This document shows, one piece after another, positions 9,036-18,558 of a stretch of 64,000 bases of DNA. Origin of the DNA: Elusimicrobiota bacterium (GTDB lineage Bacteria; Elusimicrobiota; Elusimicrobia; UBA1565; UBA9628). The position numbers and the translations under genes are program-made. Each line of letters opens with the position of its first letter. The stretch's first letter is position 1. The stretch spans positions 28,006 to 92,005 of the forward strand of contig JANPGH010000015.1 in assembly GCA_031423795.1 (NCBI GenBank), read 5' to 3'. The notes beneath the pieces are model-generated. The model was not told where the DNA came from. It worked only from the letters and a program-made list of their open reading frames with translations, and did not search any database.

Positions 9036-10258
9036 AGCAGGTACGGCGTGCGGCGGCGTTCAAAATCCTTGGCGCCTGAGGTGAAAAGCCCGGTCAGCTG
9101 TTCGACGCTGGCATTGCGCTCGTAAAGTTCACGAAAGCGGTCGGTTCCGACCATTTTCTTGACCTCAGGCCACTTCCATAGAACGTCTCCCGGATTAATT
9201 TCGCGCAGGGCGACCGCCAGTGCTACGAAGACGGCGGTGGGCCGCAATTTCGCGCGATCGGTGACCGTTATTCTTACGCCATGGCAATCGACTCCTGAAA
9301 ATACCGATTTAGTGGGTTTAAAATCTTGGGTGGTAAATTCCACGCCCTCAAGGTCCATGGTTTTGAGTTTATCGACGACGAGCGACGACTTCATCCACGG
9401 CGCGCCTATCCATTGAAAAGGAATGGGCGTTCCGCGGCCGACGGAGACGCTGGGATCGGCGGATTCAAACATGCCGATGCCGGGGTACATTGTTGCGGCG
9501 GCGAGGTCCGGGATATTCGGAGACGGCGGCGTCCAGGTCAGGCCGGTCTGGTCGTACCATAAACCGCGCGACCAGCCCTGAAGTTTAACGACGGTCAACT
9601 TTGGATTATGAACTTCCGAGTTGTACATTGTCGCCATTTCACCGGAGGTCAATCCATGGCGCACGGAAACCGGATAATAGGTCGTCGGAGAAACTTGGCG
9701 CAACGACATGTCCCCCAAGATCGGGCCCTCGACGATGCTGCCGGTCAACGGGTTCGGGCGGTCAAGGACCATCATCTCAATACCGGCAGCCTTGGTTTCC
9801 TCCAGCGCCATGCCCATGGTCGCAAGATAAGTGTAAAAACGGGCGCCGATGTCTTGTATGTCGAAGACAAGAACGTCTAGATTTTTGAGATCTTCCTGCT
9901 TGGGGCGCATGCTTCCTATTACCGAGCCGTAGAGACTGCGCACGGTAATGGACCTCCCGGCCAAGGTGATGGCCGAATCCTTGATCACATCGTCTTCGCT
10001 GGACCCCGTGATCCCGTGTTCGGGCGAAAAAATAATCTGGAGGTTGAGCCCCGGCGTTCCGGCCAAAATCTGGGCGGTGCTTTTCCCAGAACGCGTTTTA
10101 CCCGTGGGATTTGTGATCAGGCCGATGCGCTTTCCCCTGAGGGGCGAGAAATGGTCCGCTTCGAGTACGTCTATCCCGCACATGACCTGTGCCGTCGATT
10201 GGGCGATCGGCGCCAGAAGGAGTAATGCGCAGAAAAAAATCAATCCACTTTGTTTCAT
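9029..10258 (-). CDS. DUF1343 family exo-beta-N-acetylmuramidase-like protein (NamZ-like), exported
   Basis: Hallmarks GLITNPTG, SPEHGI, DIQDIGARFYTYL. Signal peptide MKQSGLIFFCALLLLAP. The ORF-track 5-prime extension to 10585 is rejected. ATG 10258 makes an ATGA overlap with the symporter stop. Confidence 0.85.
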   Translation of the reverse strand: MKQSGLIFFCALLLLAPIAQSTAQVMCGIDVLEADHFSPLRGKRIGLITNPTGKTRSGKSTAQILAGTPGLNLQIIFSPEHGITGSSEDDVIKDSAITLAGRSITVRSLYGSVIGSMRPKQEDLKNLDVLVFDIQDIGARFYTYLATMGMALEETKAAGIEMMVLDRPNPLTGSIVEGPILGDMSLRQVSPTTYYPVSVRHGLTSGEMATMYNSEVHNPKLTVVKLQGWSRGLWYDQTGLTWTPPSPNIPDLAAATMYPGIGMFESADPSVSVGRGTPIPFQWIGAPWMKSSLVVDKLKTMDLEGVEFTTQDFKPTKSVFSGVDCHGVRITVTDRAKLRPTAVFVALAVALREINPGDVLWKWPEVKKMVGTDRFRELYERNASVEQLTGLFTSGAKDFERRRTPYLLY

Positions 10259-11766
10259 GAAGTCTCTCCGTCGAGCGCCGGCGCTAGCGCCCAACCTATC
10301 GCGAACGTCCCCGCCGTTCCGAGGATCACCAGCCAGCTCCATCCGAGGGCAATGACATGGTACTCCGATAACAGAAGCAAAGCCGCGTTGGCCACCGCCA
10401 TTATCACCATCGCATATGAGACGGCTTTGTCGCCTTTGCGTTTTGTCAGCAGGCCGAGCAAAAATACGCCGAGCATCGAACCGTAGGTCACGCCGCCAAT
10501 TTTGAACGCGAGCCACAACATCTTGTCGAAGAAACTGAAGAAGTAGGCGGTCACGGCCAGCGCGAGAGCGAACAGACCTACACACACTCGCGACAGCCGA
10601 AGGTAATGCTCTTGCGAGGCATGAGGATTGACCAAAGGCTTGTAAAGATCATTGACGAACACCGCGGTCAACGACGCCAGTGGGGAGTCGATTGAGGCCA
10701 TCACGATGGCGGTAAGAACCGCGCCGCGCATGAAGCGCGGCATCAGGGTCGCCGCGAAGTGAGGATAGATCGTGTCGAGCTTGGCGGGCAGCGCCAGTCC
10801 CGGATGTTGCTTGTAAAAAACGAACAGCAGGGTCCCGACAATGAAAAAGATGAGCAGCGTCAAGAGTGAGCCGCCGATCGACAATAAAATCGTTTTCTGG
10901 CTTTCGCGCCGAGTCTCGACGGTCAGCAATTTCTGCGTCATTTCATGGTCGGTCCCGAAAGTCGCCGTGGAACCAACAAACCCGTTGAGAAGAGCTACCC
11001 ACACGATATTCGGATTGCCGAAGAATTTGCTCAAGAAGCCGGGCTCCGACAGGCTCGGTCCCCAATTAAAAACGTCCATCTTTCCCGACTCCCGGGCCAG
11101 ATGGAGCGCCGCCGGAATTCCCCCGTCGATGTGGTGTAACAGATAGAGAATCGTCAGGATGCCGACGCCGAGGAAGGTTGCGGCCTGCAACACATTCGTC
11201 CAAACGACGGATTCAATGCCGCCGTACGAAATATAAGCGACGCTGATGGCGGTGAAAAGAAGGATCGTCGGGATGATATGCCATCCCAGAAGCACGCTGA
11301 CCGCCACGCTTGCGGCCATTAAGCGCACGCCCGAGGCCAGAAGCCTGGTCACGAAGAAGAAACCCGTCGCCGTGTATTGGCTGCGCGGACCGAAGCGTTG
11401 GCGCAAGAATTCGTAAATGGTAGTGCTGTTGTATTGGTAAAACGCCGGAATAAACAGGAAGGCGATGAGAATGCGCGCTCCAGTGGAACCGATGAAAAAC
11501 TGCAGATACGCCCAGTTTTCGCGGAATGTCGTCGCGGGAACGCCGATGATCGTCATCGCGCTGATTTCGGTCGCGATGAATGAAAGCATCGCCGCCCACC
11601 AGGGAATGCGCCTACCGCCGAGAAAGAAATCATTTGTGCTTTTAGCGCCGCGTCCGCCCCACCAACCGATGACGAACATCAGGAGCAGAGTCGCCGCCAA
11701 TACCGAGAAGTCGGCCGTGGTCAGCGTCGTGCCCGCCGAGAACCAGGAGGTGCTTTCGTCGTTCAT
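10255..11766 (-). CDS. sodium:solute symporter (SSS) family transporter
   Basis: ~503 aa with 13-14 predicted TM segments and SSS-like N-terminal region (GGRRIPWWAAMLSFIATEISAMTIIG). ATG 11766 overlaps the nagZ stop by 1 nt. Confidence 0.85.
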   Translation of the reverse strand: MNDESTSWFSAGTTLTTADFSVLAATLLLMFVIGWWGGRGAKSTNDFFLGGRRIPWWAAMLSFIATEISAMTIIGVPATTFRENWAYLQFFIGSTGARILIAFLFIPAFYQYNSTTIYEFLRQRFGPRSQYTATGFFFVTRLLASGVRLMAASVAVSVLLGWHIIPTILLFTAISVAYISYGGIESVVWTNVLQAATFLGVGILTILYLLHHIDGGIPAALHLARESGKMDVFNWGPSLSEPGFLSKFFGNPNIVWVALLNGFVGSTATFGTDHEMTQKLLTVETRRESQKTILLSIGGSLLTLLIFFIVGTLLFVFYKQHPGLALPAKLDTIYPHFAATLMPRFMRGAVLTAIVMASIDSPLASLTAVFVNDLYKPLVNPHASQEHYLRLSRVCVGLFALALAVTAYFFSFFDKMLWLAFKIGGVTYGSMLGVFLLGLLTKRKGDKAVSYAMVIMAVANAALLLLSEYHVIALGWSWLVILGTAGTFAIGWALAPALDGETS

Positions 11767-13187
11767 TATTTTCCCTCTCGAAGTGCGGTTGCCGCCGCTT
11801 CTTGTGCCGCGTCGGCCCGCGAATAAACGCACAGCCCGGCCGTCTTCCGCGGCAAACCCGATAACACGAACGGGCTGCCGAAACTAACAACAGTTCCGCC
11901 TGGCGCGGCGCTCATCGCGGCGGTCATCCGCGCGCGGATAGGCTCGGGAAGCCGAATTCGGCCGGAATAGGCGCGCGGACCGACAAATACTCCGGCGACC
12001 AATGATTCTTTTTTTCTCGCTGCGCCATTGTCCGCTAGACGCACGCGGATCCCGGAACGCTTGAGTGCGCGCAAGAAGGCCTGGCCTTCAACCGCGCCGG
12101 ACTTCGATTTTTGCGGCTCAAAGTACGCGATGGATGGCGACAGCGAGTATCGCATCGGATTCACCCACGTTTTACAGGCGCCGAATAATTTCGCGGCCTG
12201 GCGACGATGGGTCGCGCCTCCGACCGTCGACAGCGACGCGGACGCGGGACGCATACGCGACAGCGCCCGCTCCAAGCGGCGTTGCGCGTGGTCGCAAAGT
12301 CGGGCAAGAACGATGTCGTGCGCGGCCTCGGCGCGCAGGTCGGTGACGAGCCGGCCGGGGTCTTGTGGCACGAGCAGGATGTCGGTGCCGCAGCGCAATG
12401 CGAGCAAGGCCGCGGAGCGCTCGCCCCAATGCTTGGCGATTGCGCCCATGTTCAGCGCATCTGTAACGATCAGCCCTTTCATGCCCCAGCGCCTCAAGAG
12501 CGCCGGTCCCACGCCGGACAGCGTCAAAGGCAAGCGCGAGGCGTCCAGCGCCGGGACGACGAGGTGACCGAGCATGACGGCGTCGGCCGTGCGGGCCAAG
12601 GCCTTGAACGGCACCAATTCTCGTTTTTCCAGGAGTCGACGGGAGACCTTAACCGTCGGCAAATCCAAATGCGAGTCCGCAGTTGTGGCCCCATGGCCCG
12701 GGAAGTGTTTTAAGCAACCGAGAGCGCCGCCGGCCTTGAGGCCCGCCATGTAGGCCCGCGCCAGCCTGGTCGTTTCACTGGGAGCGGCGGAAAAAGCGCG
12801 GACGTTGACGATCGGATTTTTGGGCTCGCTGAGTAGGTCGACCACCGGTGCGAGGACCCAGTCGACACCCATCGCTCGCGCCTCGCGGGCCGTGATAAAG
12901 CCCTTTAGGCGTGCCGCTTCAGTCGATCCGCTCGCCCCGATCCCGAGATTCGTGGGCAGGGGCGTCGAGCCCGGAACATGTGCCCAGGCCCCCTCTTCGT
13001 AATCGGCGCAGATCAGAAGTGGATGCGCGGCCGCGCGTCTTAGTCGCCTTATTAGCGCGGCTACGGTTTTAGGCGTCCCGCGATACAGGCAAAATCCGCC
13101 GACACCGAGTCGCGCCAATTTTTCTGCGTTCTTCGGATCGTCTTTGCCTATGGTGAAGCCGGGAAAAACGAGGCGGGCAGGATCCAC
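11766..13187 (-). CDS. nagZ: glycoside hydrolase family 3 beta-N-acetylhexosaminidase (NagZ-like) with C-terminal extension
   Basis: GH3 motifs KHFPGHGATTADSHLDLP and VTDALNMGA. The start is uncertain: GTG 13187 is preceded by CAATAT-N6, while the ORF-track TTG 13250 would overlap the divergent gene. Confidence 0.85.
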   Translation of the reverse strand: MDPARLVFPGFTIGKDDPKNAEKLARLGVGGFCLYRGTPKTVAALIRRLRRAAAHPLLICADYEEGAWAHVPGSTPLPTNLGIGASGSTEAARLKGFITAREARAMGVDWVLAPVVDLLSEPKNPIVNVRAFSAAPSETTRLARAYMAGLKAGGALGCLKHFPGHGATTADSHLDLPTVKVSRRLLEKRELVPFKALARTADAVMLGHLVVPALDASRLPLTLSGVGPALLRRWGMKGLIVTDALNMGAIAKHWGERSAALLALRCGTDILLVPQDPGRLVTDLRAEAAHDIVLARLCDHAQRRLERALSRMRPASASLSTVGGATHRRQAAKLFGACKTWVNPMRYSLSPSIAYFEPQKSKSGAVEGQAFLRALKRSGIRVRLADNGAARKKESLVAGVFVGPRAYSGRIRLPEPIRARMTAAMSAAPGGTVVSFGSPFVLSGLPRKTAGLCVYSRADAAQEAAATALREGK

Positions 13188-13251
13188 GTATCGATATTGC
13201 CTTTTCTCGCCGTCGAGCGGCAACCGCAAACAAACTATAATGGTGAGCAAA

Positions 13252-14841
13252 ATGACAAGCCCTCGATTCGCGGTATTGGCGCTTTTCGCGTCGGTTTTTG
13301 CAGTGGCTTGCGCCTCTCAGCCGATCTCAAAAGCAGCGCCTCCCCGCTCCCTTATCGTTGTTTCAACCGGCACGGGCCTGGCGTTGGAGGCGTCCCCCGA
13401 GTTTCCCCCGGCCACTTTCAACGCCAAGCGCGAGATGCGCGCGGGCTGGATCGTCGGTTGGCGCCAAATGATCTCGACGGCGGCCATCGACGACGCCATC
13501 GGCATGGCGGAGGCGGCGGGCCTGAACACTTTATTTGTCCAGGTGCGCGTCAACGCGGACGCGTATTACCGCTCGGAGCTGGTTCCGCGCGCCGAATCCT
13601 TGCAAGGTCAGCCGGCCGAATTCGACCCGTTGGGTTACGCCCTTAAACGCGGCCACGAGAAGGGCTTCCAAGTGCACGCGTGGGCGAATTTGGGCATCGT
13701 CTGGCGCAGCACCACGCCGCCGAGCGCCGCAAACCATATTTTCAACGCCCATCCCGATTGGGTACTGCGCGACGCGAACGGCAAGATGTCGACGCCCCGC
13801 CCCGATGACCCGCAACCCGGCTATGTCGAGGAAAATTTCTGGATCAACTGGGGCCATTCTGAGGCGCAAAAGCACCTCGCCAAAGTCAGCGGCGAGATCG
13901 CTCGGCGCTATCGCGTCGACGGCATCCATTTCGATTTCGTGCGTTTCCCGGCCCGCATGGGGCCGCGGACCGTCGGCGTAGGTTATGACCCCGTATCCGT
14001 CGGGCGCTTCAAGGCCGAAACCGGACGCGAGCCCGCCGAGCACACGCAGGCGTGGGACGAGTGGCGGTTCGCGCAGGTGACGGCGACATTGAAGTCGTGC
14101 CACGAGGCGATCTTGCGCGCACGTCCGGCAACGGCTGTCTCGGCCGCGGTCTTGGCGGCGTGGAACCTCGCCTATGGCCGCAACTTCACCGGTTATCGCG
14201 GCTGGATAGACTCCGGTCTGCTCGATTTCGCCGTCCTGATGTCCTATTACAAGGATCGCACTCAAATCTGGCAAAGCGTGCTGAACGCCCGCGAAATCGT
14301 CGACAGTCGCCGCGTCGTCATGGGACTCGACATCTCGGCGGTCTCCCCCGAAACGGCGGCGCGGGTGATTCTTTTCTCCCGGGAACAGGATTTGAAGGGT
14401 TATTCGCTTTTCGCCTTGGACCACATCGTGCTCAAAGACCCTTATCCGTATCTAAGCCGGTTCAAATCTCTGGCTGCGGCCGCCGACGACGGACGTTATA
14501 AGTCGCGCGAGCCGCTGTGGAACCGTGTGGCCGTCGTCGACGACGAGCATCGCACGTTTGCGCTGCGTTTCTACAGCCGCACCGGAAAAACCAAGCTCGT
14601 CGTCTATCCCCGCGGGCTGACTAAGTTGAGCTTTTCGCTCAATGATCGCGAATTCGCCCCGTTGACGTTGTCTGGCATCGCGCCGGTCGCAATCGATTTA
14701 AGCCCTTGGCTCGAGCCCGAGAAACGAGAAATCATGGCCAACCACGATTTCACATTAAATGCGACGGTCGAAGGCCCGCCCGATTCCTTTGGGGAAATAT
14801 TCACCGTCGACTATTACGGCGAGTCGACTCCAGCGCGTTAG
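13252..14841 (+). CDS. DUF187 / GH10-like (YngK-type) glycoside-hydrolase-like lipoprotein
   Basis: Motifs MRAGWI, LNTLFVQVRVNADAYYRS, EFDPLGYALKRGHEKGFQVHAWANL. Lipobox-like VFAVAC. TATAAT at 13236..13241 lies 10 nt before ATG 13252. In-frame ATG 13240 is also possible. Confidence 0.8.
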   Translation: MTSPRFAVLALFASVFAVACASQPISKAAPPRSLIVVSTGTGLALEASPEFPPATFNAKREMRAGWIVGWRQMISTAAIDDAIGMAEAAGLNTLFVQVRVNADAYYRSELVPRAESLQGQPAEFDPLGYALKRGHEKGFQVHAWANLGIVWRSTTPPSAANHIFNAHPDWVLRDANGKMSTPRPDDPQPGYVEENFWINWGHSEAQKHLAKVSGEIARRYRVDGIHFDFVRFPARMGPRTVGVGYDPVSVGRFKAETGREPAEHTQAWDEWRFAQVTATLKSCHEAILRARPATAVSAAVLAAWNLAYGRNFTGYRGWIDSGLLDFAVLMSYYKDRTQIWQSVLNAREIVDSRRVVMGLDISAVSPETAARVILFSREQDLKGYSLFALDHIVLKDPYPYLSRFKSLAAAADDGRYKSREPLWNRVAVVDDEHRTFALRFYSRTGKTKLVVYPRGLTKLSFSLNDREFAPLTLSGIAPVAIDLSPWLEPEKREIMANHDFTLNATVEGPPDSFGEIFTVDYYGESTPAR

Positions 14842-16055
14842 CGCGTGCGGGCCGGAAACTTTTTAAGCAGCAAATACAGCTCGCCTTCATCCCAGACGCG
14901 CGCGGCCTCGGCCTTCGCCTGCGGGCCATGGCCGAGGTAAAGATCGACCCGGCCCGGCCCGAGTATCGCTCCGCCAGTGTCCTGGGTGAACGCCAATCGC
15001 GAGGTCTTCGATTTCCCTAAGACCCGGCCTTGTTCGTCGGCTTGGGCCATCGAAAACGAGATGAACGCAGGCAGCCCGAGTGCCGTCGCGCGCGGGTCGA
15101 CGGCGAGCGACCGACCGGGAGTGAGGGCTTGTTGTATAGTGCCGAAAGGCTCGCCGTCCGCGGGTGCTTCACCGATGTCGAAAAACACGTAGCGAGGATT
15201 CTGGCTCAGAATCCAGGATTCGCCTTCCGGATGCTCGGCAAGATATTTTTTCAGCGTCTCCTTGTTGACGTCCTCGCGGCGCATCGCACCGGAACCGACT
15301 AAGGCCATCCCGGCGCTTTTGTAGGGAAGGGCGTTGTTTCCCGCGTATTTGGCGATCATCAACCGTCCATCGGGAAATTGCAGAAGTCCGCCGCCTTGGA
15401 TGTGCAGATCGAGGCGGTCAAACTGATTTTCAAGCCATGCCCTCTCGAGTTTCTTGCCTTCCAAAGCCTTGGCCACATCGATCGTGCGGCGGTCGAAATA
15501 GGGGACGACCTTGCCGCCTTCGATGCGCGCAGTTAGAGAGTCCCCCTTGTATTTGGGATTGAAAGCTTCCAAGTCGATATTGACAAGATCGGGCGGGCGT
15601 CCATACAAAGGGAAGGCGAAACGCGCGGTGCGCACCGGACTGGCGGGGAGCACCGGTTGATAATAGGACGAGAAAAACGCTCCCGGGCCAGTCGTTCCCG
15701 CCACGCGAAAAAGGTCAAATTCAATTTGGAGCCGAGCGACGAATTCTTCGGGCGTCTTCGTCTCTTGCCGTGCGCGCAACAAGGCTTCGACGCTCTCGAT
15801 CACTTGTTGGGTGTTGAACGTGCTGTCGGCGACGACGAAGCCCTTGTCGCCCAGCCCCTTGAGATACGCAAGATCCTTTTCGACGGCTCTGGACAAGGAG
15901 GCGGCATCCAAGTCGTCACGCAGCGCGGGCCATTCCTTGGCGGGAACGCGGCGTACTGGCGGTGGAGCGACGCGTTCAACAATCGGACTGGGAGTGATGC
16001 AGGCCGACATAGCCAGCGCGGTGGGTAAAACAAAGGCATATATTTTTATTTGCAT
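14838..16055 (-). CDS. mltA: membrane-bound lytic murein transglycosylase A
   Basis: 405 aa. Lipoprotein-like N-terminus (LAMSAC). MltA core. C-terminal 3D-domain motif FTQDTGGAILGPGRVDLYLG. Confidence 0.88.
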   Translation of the reverse strand: MQIKIYAFVLPTALAMSACITPSPIVERVAPPPVRRVPAKEWPALRDDLDAASLSRAVEKDLAYLKGLGDKGFVVADSTFNTQQVIESVEALLRARQETKTPEEFVARLQIEFDLFRVAGTTGPGAFFSSYYQPVLPASPVRTARFAFPLYGRPPDLVNIDLEAFNPKYKGDSLTARIEGGKVVPYFDRRTIDVAKALEGKKLERAWLENQFDRLDLHIQGGGLLQFPDGRLMIAKYAGNNALPYKSAGMALVGSGAMRREDVNKETLKKYLAEHPEGESWILSQNPRYVFFDIGEAPADGEPFGTIQQALTPGRSLAVDPRATALGLPAFISFSMAQADEQGRVLGKSKTSRLAFTQDTGGAILGPGRVDLYLGHGPQAKAEAARVWDEGELYLLLKKFPARTR

Positions 16056-16129
16056 CGAGGAGAAAAGTCTAGAAAATATGAGGGACTGATGGACCGTATG
16101 TTAGTGTGTCCGGACACAGTAGGGTACGG

Positions 16130-17302
16130 TTAAAAATAGTATTGGGCGGTGAGCAGCGGTTTGTTCGGGAGTCGCCCATATTCCGATTGCTTGTCTCCCC
16201 CGAAACGCTGGAACGCGGCGGTAAGATAAAGGTCCTTCAGCGCATTCCAGGTGAGTGAAGGGGTAAAAAATGTCGACCCGTCGTCCGCGTTGATGAGACA
16301 GAAAGCCTCGAGCTTCAGCAGCGGGTGGATGTCCTTGGCGAGAGACGCCCCGAAGTAGTTCTGCGCGACGGATATTTCCCGACCGGTACGGACGGGCGCA
16401 AAATCATAGCGACGCGGATCGGTCTGGCCGTTGCCGGCATGGAAGTACTCGATCACGAAAGCCGCATTTTTAAGCGCTGCGATCTTCGTCTCGTCGGCAA
16501 AGGTGTAGTCCCAGCCGATTCCCGTCTTCCAGTACGGCGTGCGCCATTGTGGATGAAAATATCCCCATTCGCCGTGCAAAGTCCCGTTCGCCACGGATCC
16601 CGCGAAATCTCCCCCCACCAGGAACGCCGCGGTTGAGCCGGCGATTTTACCGCCGAGAAGCGACGCGTCCCAGCCGGCGACATTGCCGCGACCGCGCGCG
16701 AGCATTTGATGGTCGACCCAGCGGTCTGCCGCCGCCCACACCCACTCGGCCTGGCCCAAGGCTCCGACGCCGGCGCGAGCGTATAATGCGTCCACCCCGC
16801 GCCGCTCCTCGCGCTCGATGGACGTGGGCAGATAAGGATTGAGTACGTCGGTGGGATTCCAGATTTTTCCGGTTCCCCAAGCGATGCGTTGGCGTCCGGC
16901 ACGGACGGTGCCGGCCTCGTTTTCCAGGCCGATCCAGGCTCGGTATGCGCCCACGCCCAGACCGTTCGTGGTTCCGGTCGAGATCGTTTTTTGCATGGTC
17001 AACCAGGGTTTGGGAGGTGAGAATCCGAAAGTCTTGAAGTCCTGCGTACGGAAGTAGGATCCGACGGCTTCTTGGACATCAAAATCGAGGCGTGCCACGA
17101 AAGGCCCGTCTTTTTCATCGACGCTTAAGCGCGCGCGGGAGGTATTGAGATTGTAGGGGCGGTCGTCGAGGACGCCGGCCGACCATTCTTCGATGGTCTT
17201 AAGATAACCGGAGACCTTCGTTTGTGCAGCGGTAGGAGCGCTGAGCAGTGCCAGTGCGCACAACGCCTTAACGGAGTTCTTCACCATGGAGTTCGCCATC
17301 AA
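16130..17302 (-). CDS. outer-membrane beta-barrel protein (unassigned family)
   Basis: 390 aa. Signal peptide ending SAPTAAQ. Alternating-polarity strands rich in G/Y/W. C-terminal ...LLTAQYYF with terminal Phe. Overlaps the 3-prime end of the ABC ATPase gene. Confidence 0.7.
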   Translation of the reverse strand: MMANSMVKNSVKALCALALLSAPTAAQTKVSGYLKTIEEWSAGVLDDRPYNLNTSRARLSVDEKDGPFVARLDFDVQEAVGSYFRTQDFKTFGFSPPKPWLTMQKTISTGTTNGLGVGAYRAWIGLENEAGTVRAGRQRIAWGTGKIWNPTDVLNPYLPTSIEREERRGVDALYARAGVGALGQAEWVWAAADRWVDHQMLARGRGNVAGWDASLLGGKIAGSTAAFLVGGDFAGSVANGTLHGEWGYFHPQWRTPYWKTGIGWDYTFADETKIAALKNAAFVIEYFHAGNGQTDPRRYDFAPVRTGREISVAQNYFGASLAKDIHPLLKLEAFCLINADDGSTFFTPSLTWNALKDLYLTAAFQRFGGDKQSEYGRLPNKPLLTAQYYF

Positions 17303-17969
17303 GCATGTGCACGACGCGCTTGGCGCGCGCCAAAACGGCCGGGTCGTGGCTGGAGAAAATGAACGTGACGCCGTGATCGGCGTTTAAGCTTTGCATCAAG
17401 TCGAGCAGGGCCGCGCCGGTCTTGGAATCGAGGTTTGCAGTAGGTTCGTCGGCCAGGATGAGCCCCGGGCGGTGGATGATCGCGCGGGCGACGGCGACGC
17501 GTTGCTGTTGCCCCCCCGAGAGTAGGTCGGGCCGGCGATCCGCGTAATTTTCCAAGCCCACCCATTTCAACGCCTCGCGAGCGGCGTCGCGGCGCTCGCG
17601 AGGTCCCACACCTTGGAGCACGAGCGGATATTCGACGTTTTCAATCGCGGTCAGCACCGCAATGAGATTGTAGGACTGGAACACGAATCCGAGGGCGCGA
17701 CGACGGAAATCCGAGAGCTGTTCGGCTGGCAGTCGTGCGACGGAGCGGCCCTCATGCAATATGTCGCCTTTGGTCGGGTAATCGAGCGTCCCGATCAAAT
17801 TGAGCAACGTCGATTTTCCCGAACCGGATGGGCCCGCGAGAGCGGTGAACTCGCCGCGCTCGATTTTAAGGTTCACGCCGTGCACCGCGGCGACGTTGGT
17901 TCCACCGGGATATACCTTCTCGATGTCACGGACTTCGACGAGCGGCGAGAGATGCGCTTTATTGGGCAT
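17268..17969 (-). CDS. ABC transporter ATP-binding protein (LolD/MacB/FtsE-like)
   Basis: Walker [11 protein letters not shown]-loop, signature [14 protein letters not shown], Walker [10 protein letters not shown] prefer ATG 17969. The ORF extends to 18005. Confidence 0.93.
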   Translation of the reverse strand: MPNKAHLSPLVEVRDIEKVYPGGTNVAAVHGVNLKIERGEFTALAGPSGSGKSTLLNLIGTLDYPTKGDILHEGRSVARLPAEQLSDFRRRALGFVFQSYNLIAVLTAIENVEYPLVLQGVGPRERRDAAREALKWVGLENYADRRPDLLSGGQQQRVAVARAIIHRPGLILADEPTANLDSKTGAALLDLMQSLNADHGVTFIFSSHDPAVLARAKRVVHMLDGELHGEELR

Positions 17970-18558
17970 AAATTGCGGCGTCGCGAATAAATGCGAAGCT
18001 TTCATGAAAAAGCGACCAGCACTTGTAAGGATAATAGCGCCCGGGGGAGTAGCTTGATATTGGTATTGTCCGGACGCAAAGATCTGGTTTTTGCTGGCAT
18101 AAGTATCGCTTGCCTCGGTGAACGTGGAGACTGTCCGAGACGATGAAAATCGTGTCGACTGGAATGAGCAGGGGCAGGGAATTCGTCACATTTTCCCACG
18201 TGTTGTGCGACCGGCGTTCGAGCGCGATCTGGGAAATGGGTATGCCCGCAGCATGGGCGAGGTCGCCCATCACTTCTGCCTCGATGGACGAAGAATGCGG
18301 ATTCCCGCCCGAGAGCACCATTTGATCGCAGCCGGCTTTCTTCATTAATTTTGCGGCGACTTCAACACGTTCGCGCTGCATCGGGTGCGGACTGCCGTCC
18401 GCGCGAGCGGGAAATCCAAGGACCAGTATGGAGCAGGTTCCGCTGTCGGTTCCAACAGAGCGGCTTCCCAGGAAGGCGATCCATTGCGCAAATTCCGGTA
18501 GGAGCGCCATCAAGAGAGCAAAGATGAAAAATTTGAGTCGGAAACGAAACTTAAACAT
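17959..18558 (-). CDS. YdcF/ElyC-like DUF218 family protein
   Basis: 199 aa. N-terminal TM segment. DUF218-like core (ILVLGFPA..., LSGGNPHSSSIEAEVMGDLA, IVSDSLHVHR). Confidence 0.75.
   Translation of the reverse strand: MFKFRFRLKFFIFALLMALLPEFAQWIAFLGSRSVGTDSGTCSILVLGFPARADGSPHPMQRERVEVAAKLMKKAGCDQMVLSGGNPHSSSIEAEVMGDLAHAAGIPISQIALERRSHNTWENVTNSLPLLIPVDTIFIVSDSLHVHRGKRYLCQQKPDLCVRTIPISSYSPGRYYPYKCWSLFHESFAFIRDAAIYAQ

Noticed and set aside
9029-10585. Long N-terminal extensions offered by the ORF track. Cases: NamZ-like to 10585, ABC exporter to 42184, lpd to 46150, trxB to 49481, maf to 54235, HAD to 38933, methyltransferase to 29161, symporter to 11832.
   Set aside because: The extensions are Arg-rich and overlap the upstream gene. 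In each case the conserved N-terminus or signal peptide begins at an internal ATG. That ATG usually forms an ATGA overlap with the upstream stop or follows a -10 box.
13531-14424. 297-aa minus-strand ORF inside the DUF187 gene. Similar antisense ORFs occur at 32968..33963, 35072..35917, 44645..45544, 46274..47221, 47732..48400 and 55127..56122.
   Set aside because: All are antisense to genes with clear family motifs and have Arg/Ala/Gly-rich low-information composition. I treat them as GC-driven artefacts.
16093-16130. Interrupted palindrome ACCGTA-tgttag-TGTGTCC/GGACACA-gtaggg-TACGGT between the OM barrel gene and mltA.
   Set aside because: It could be a terminator or an operator. However, it has no U-tract, the central stem has no loop, and there is no second copy in the window. 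That is not enough evidence to call a function.
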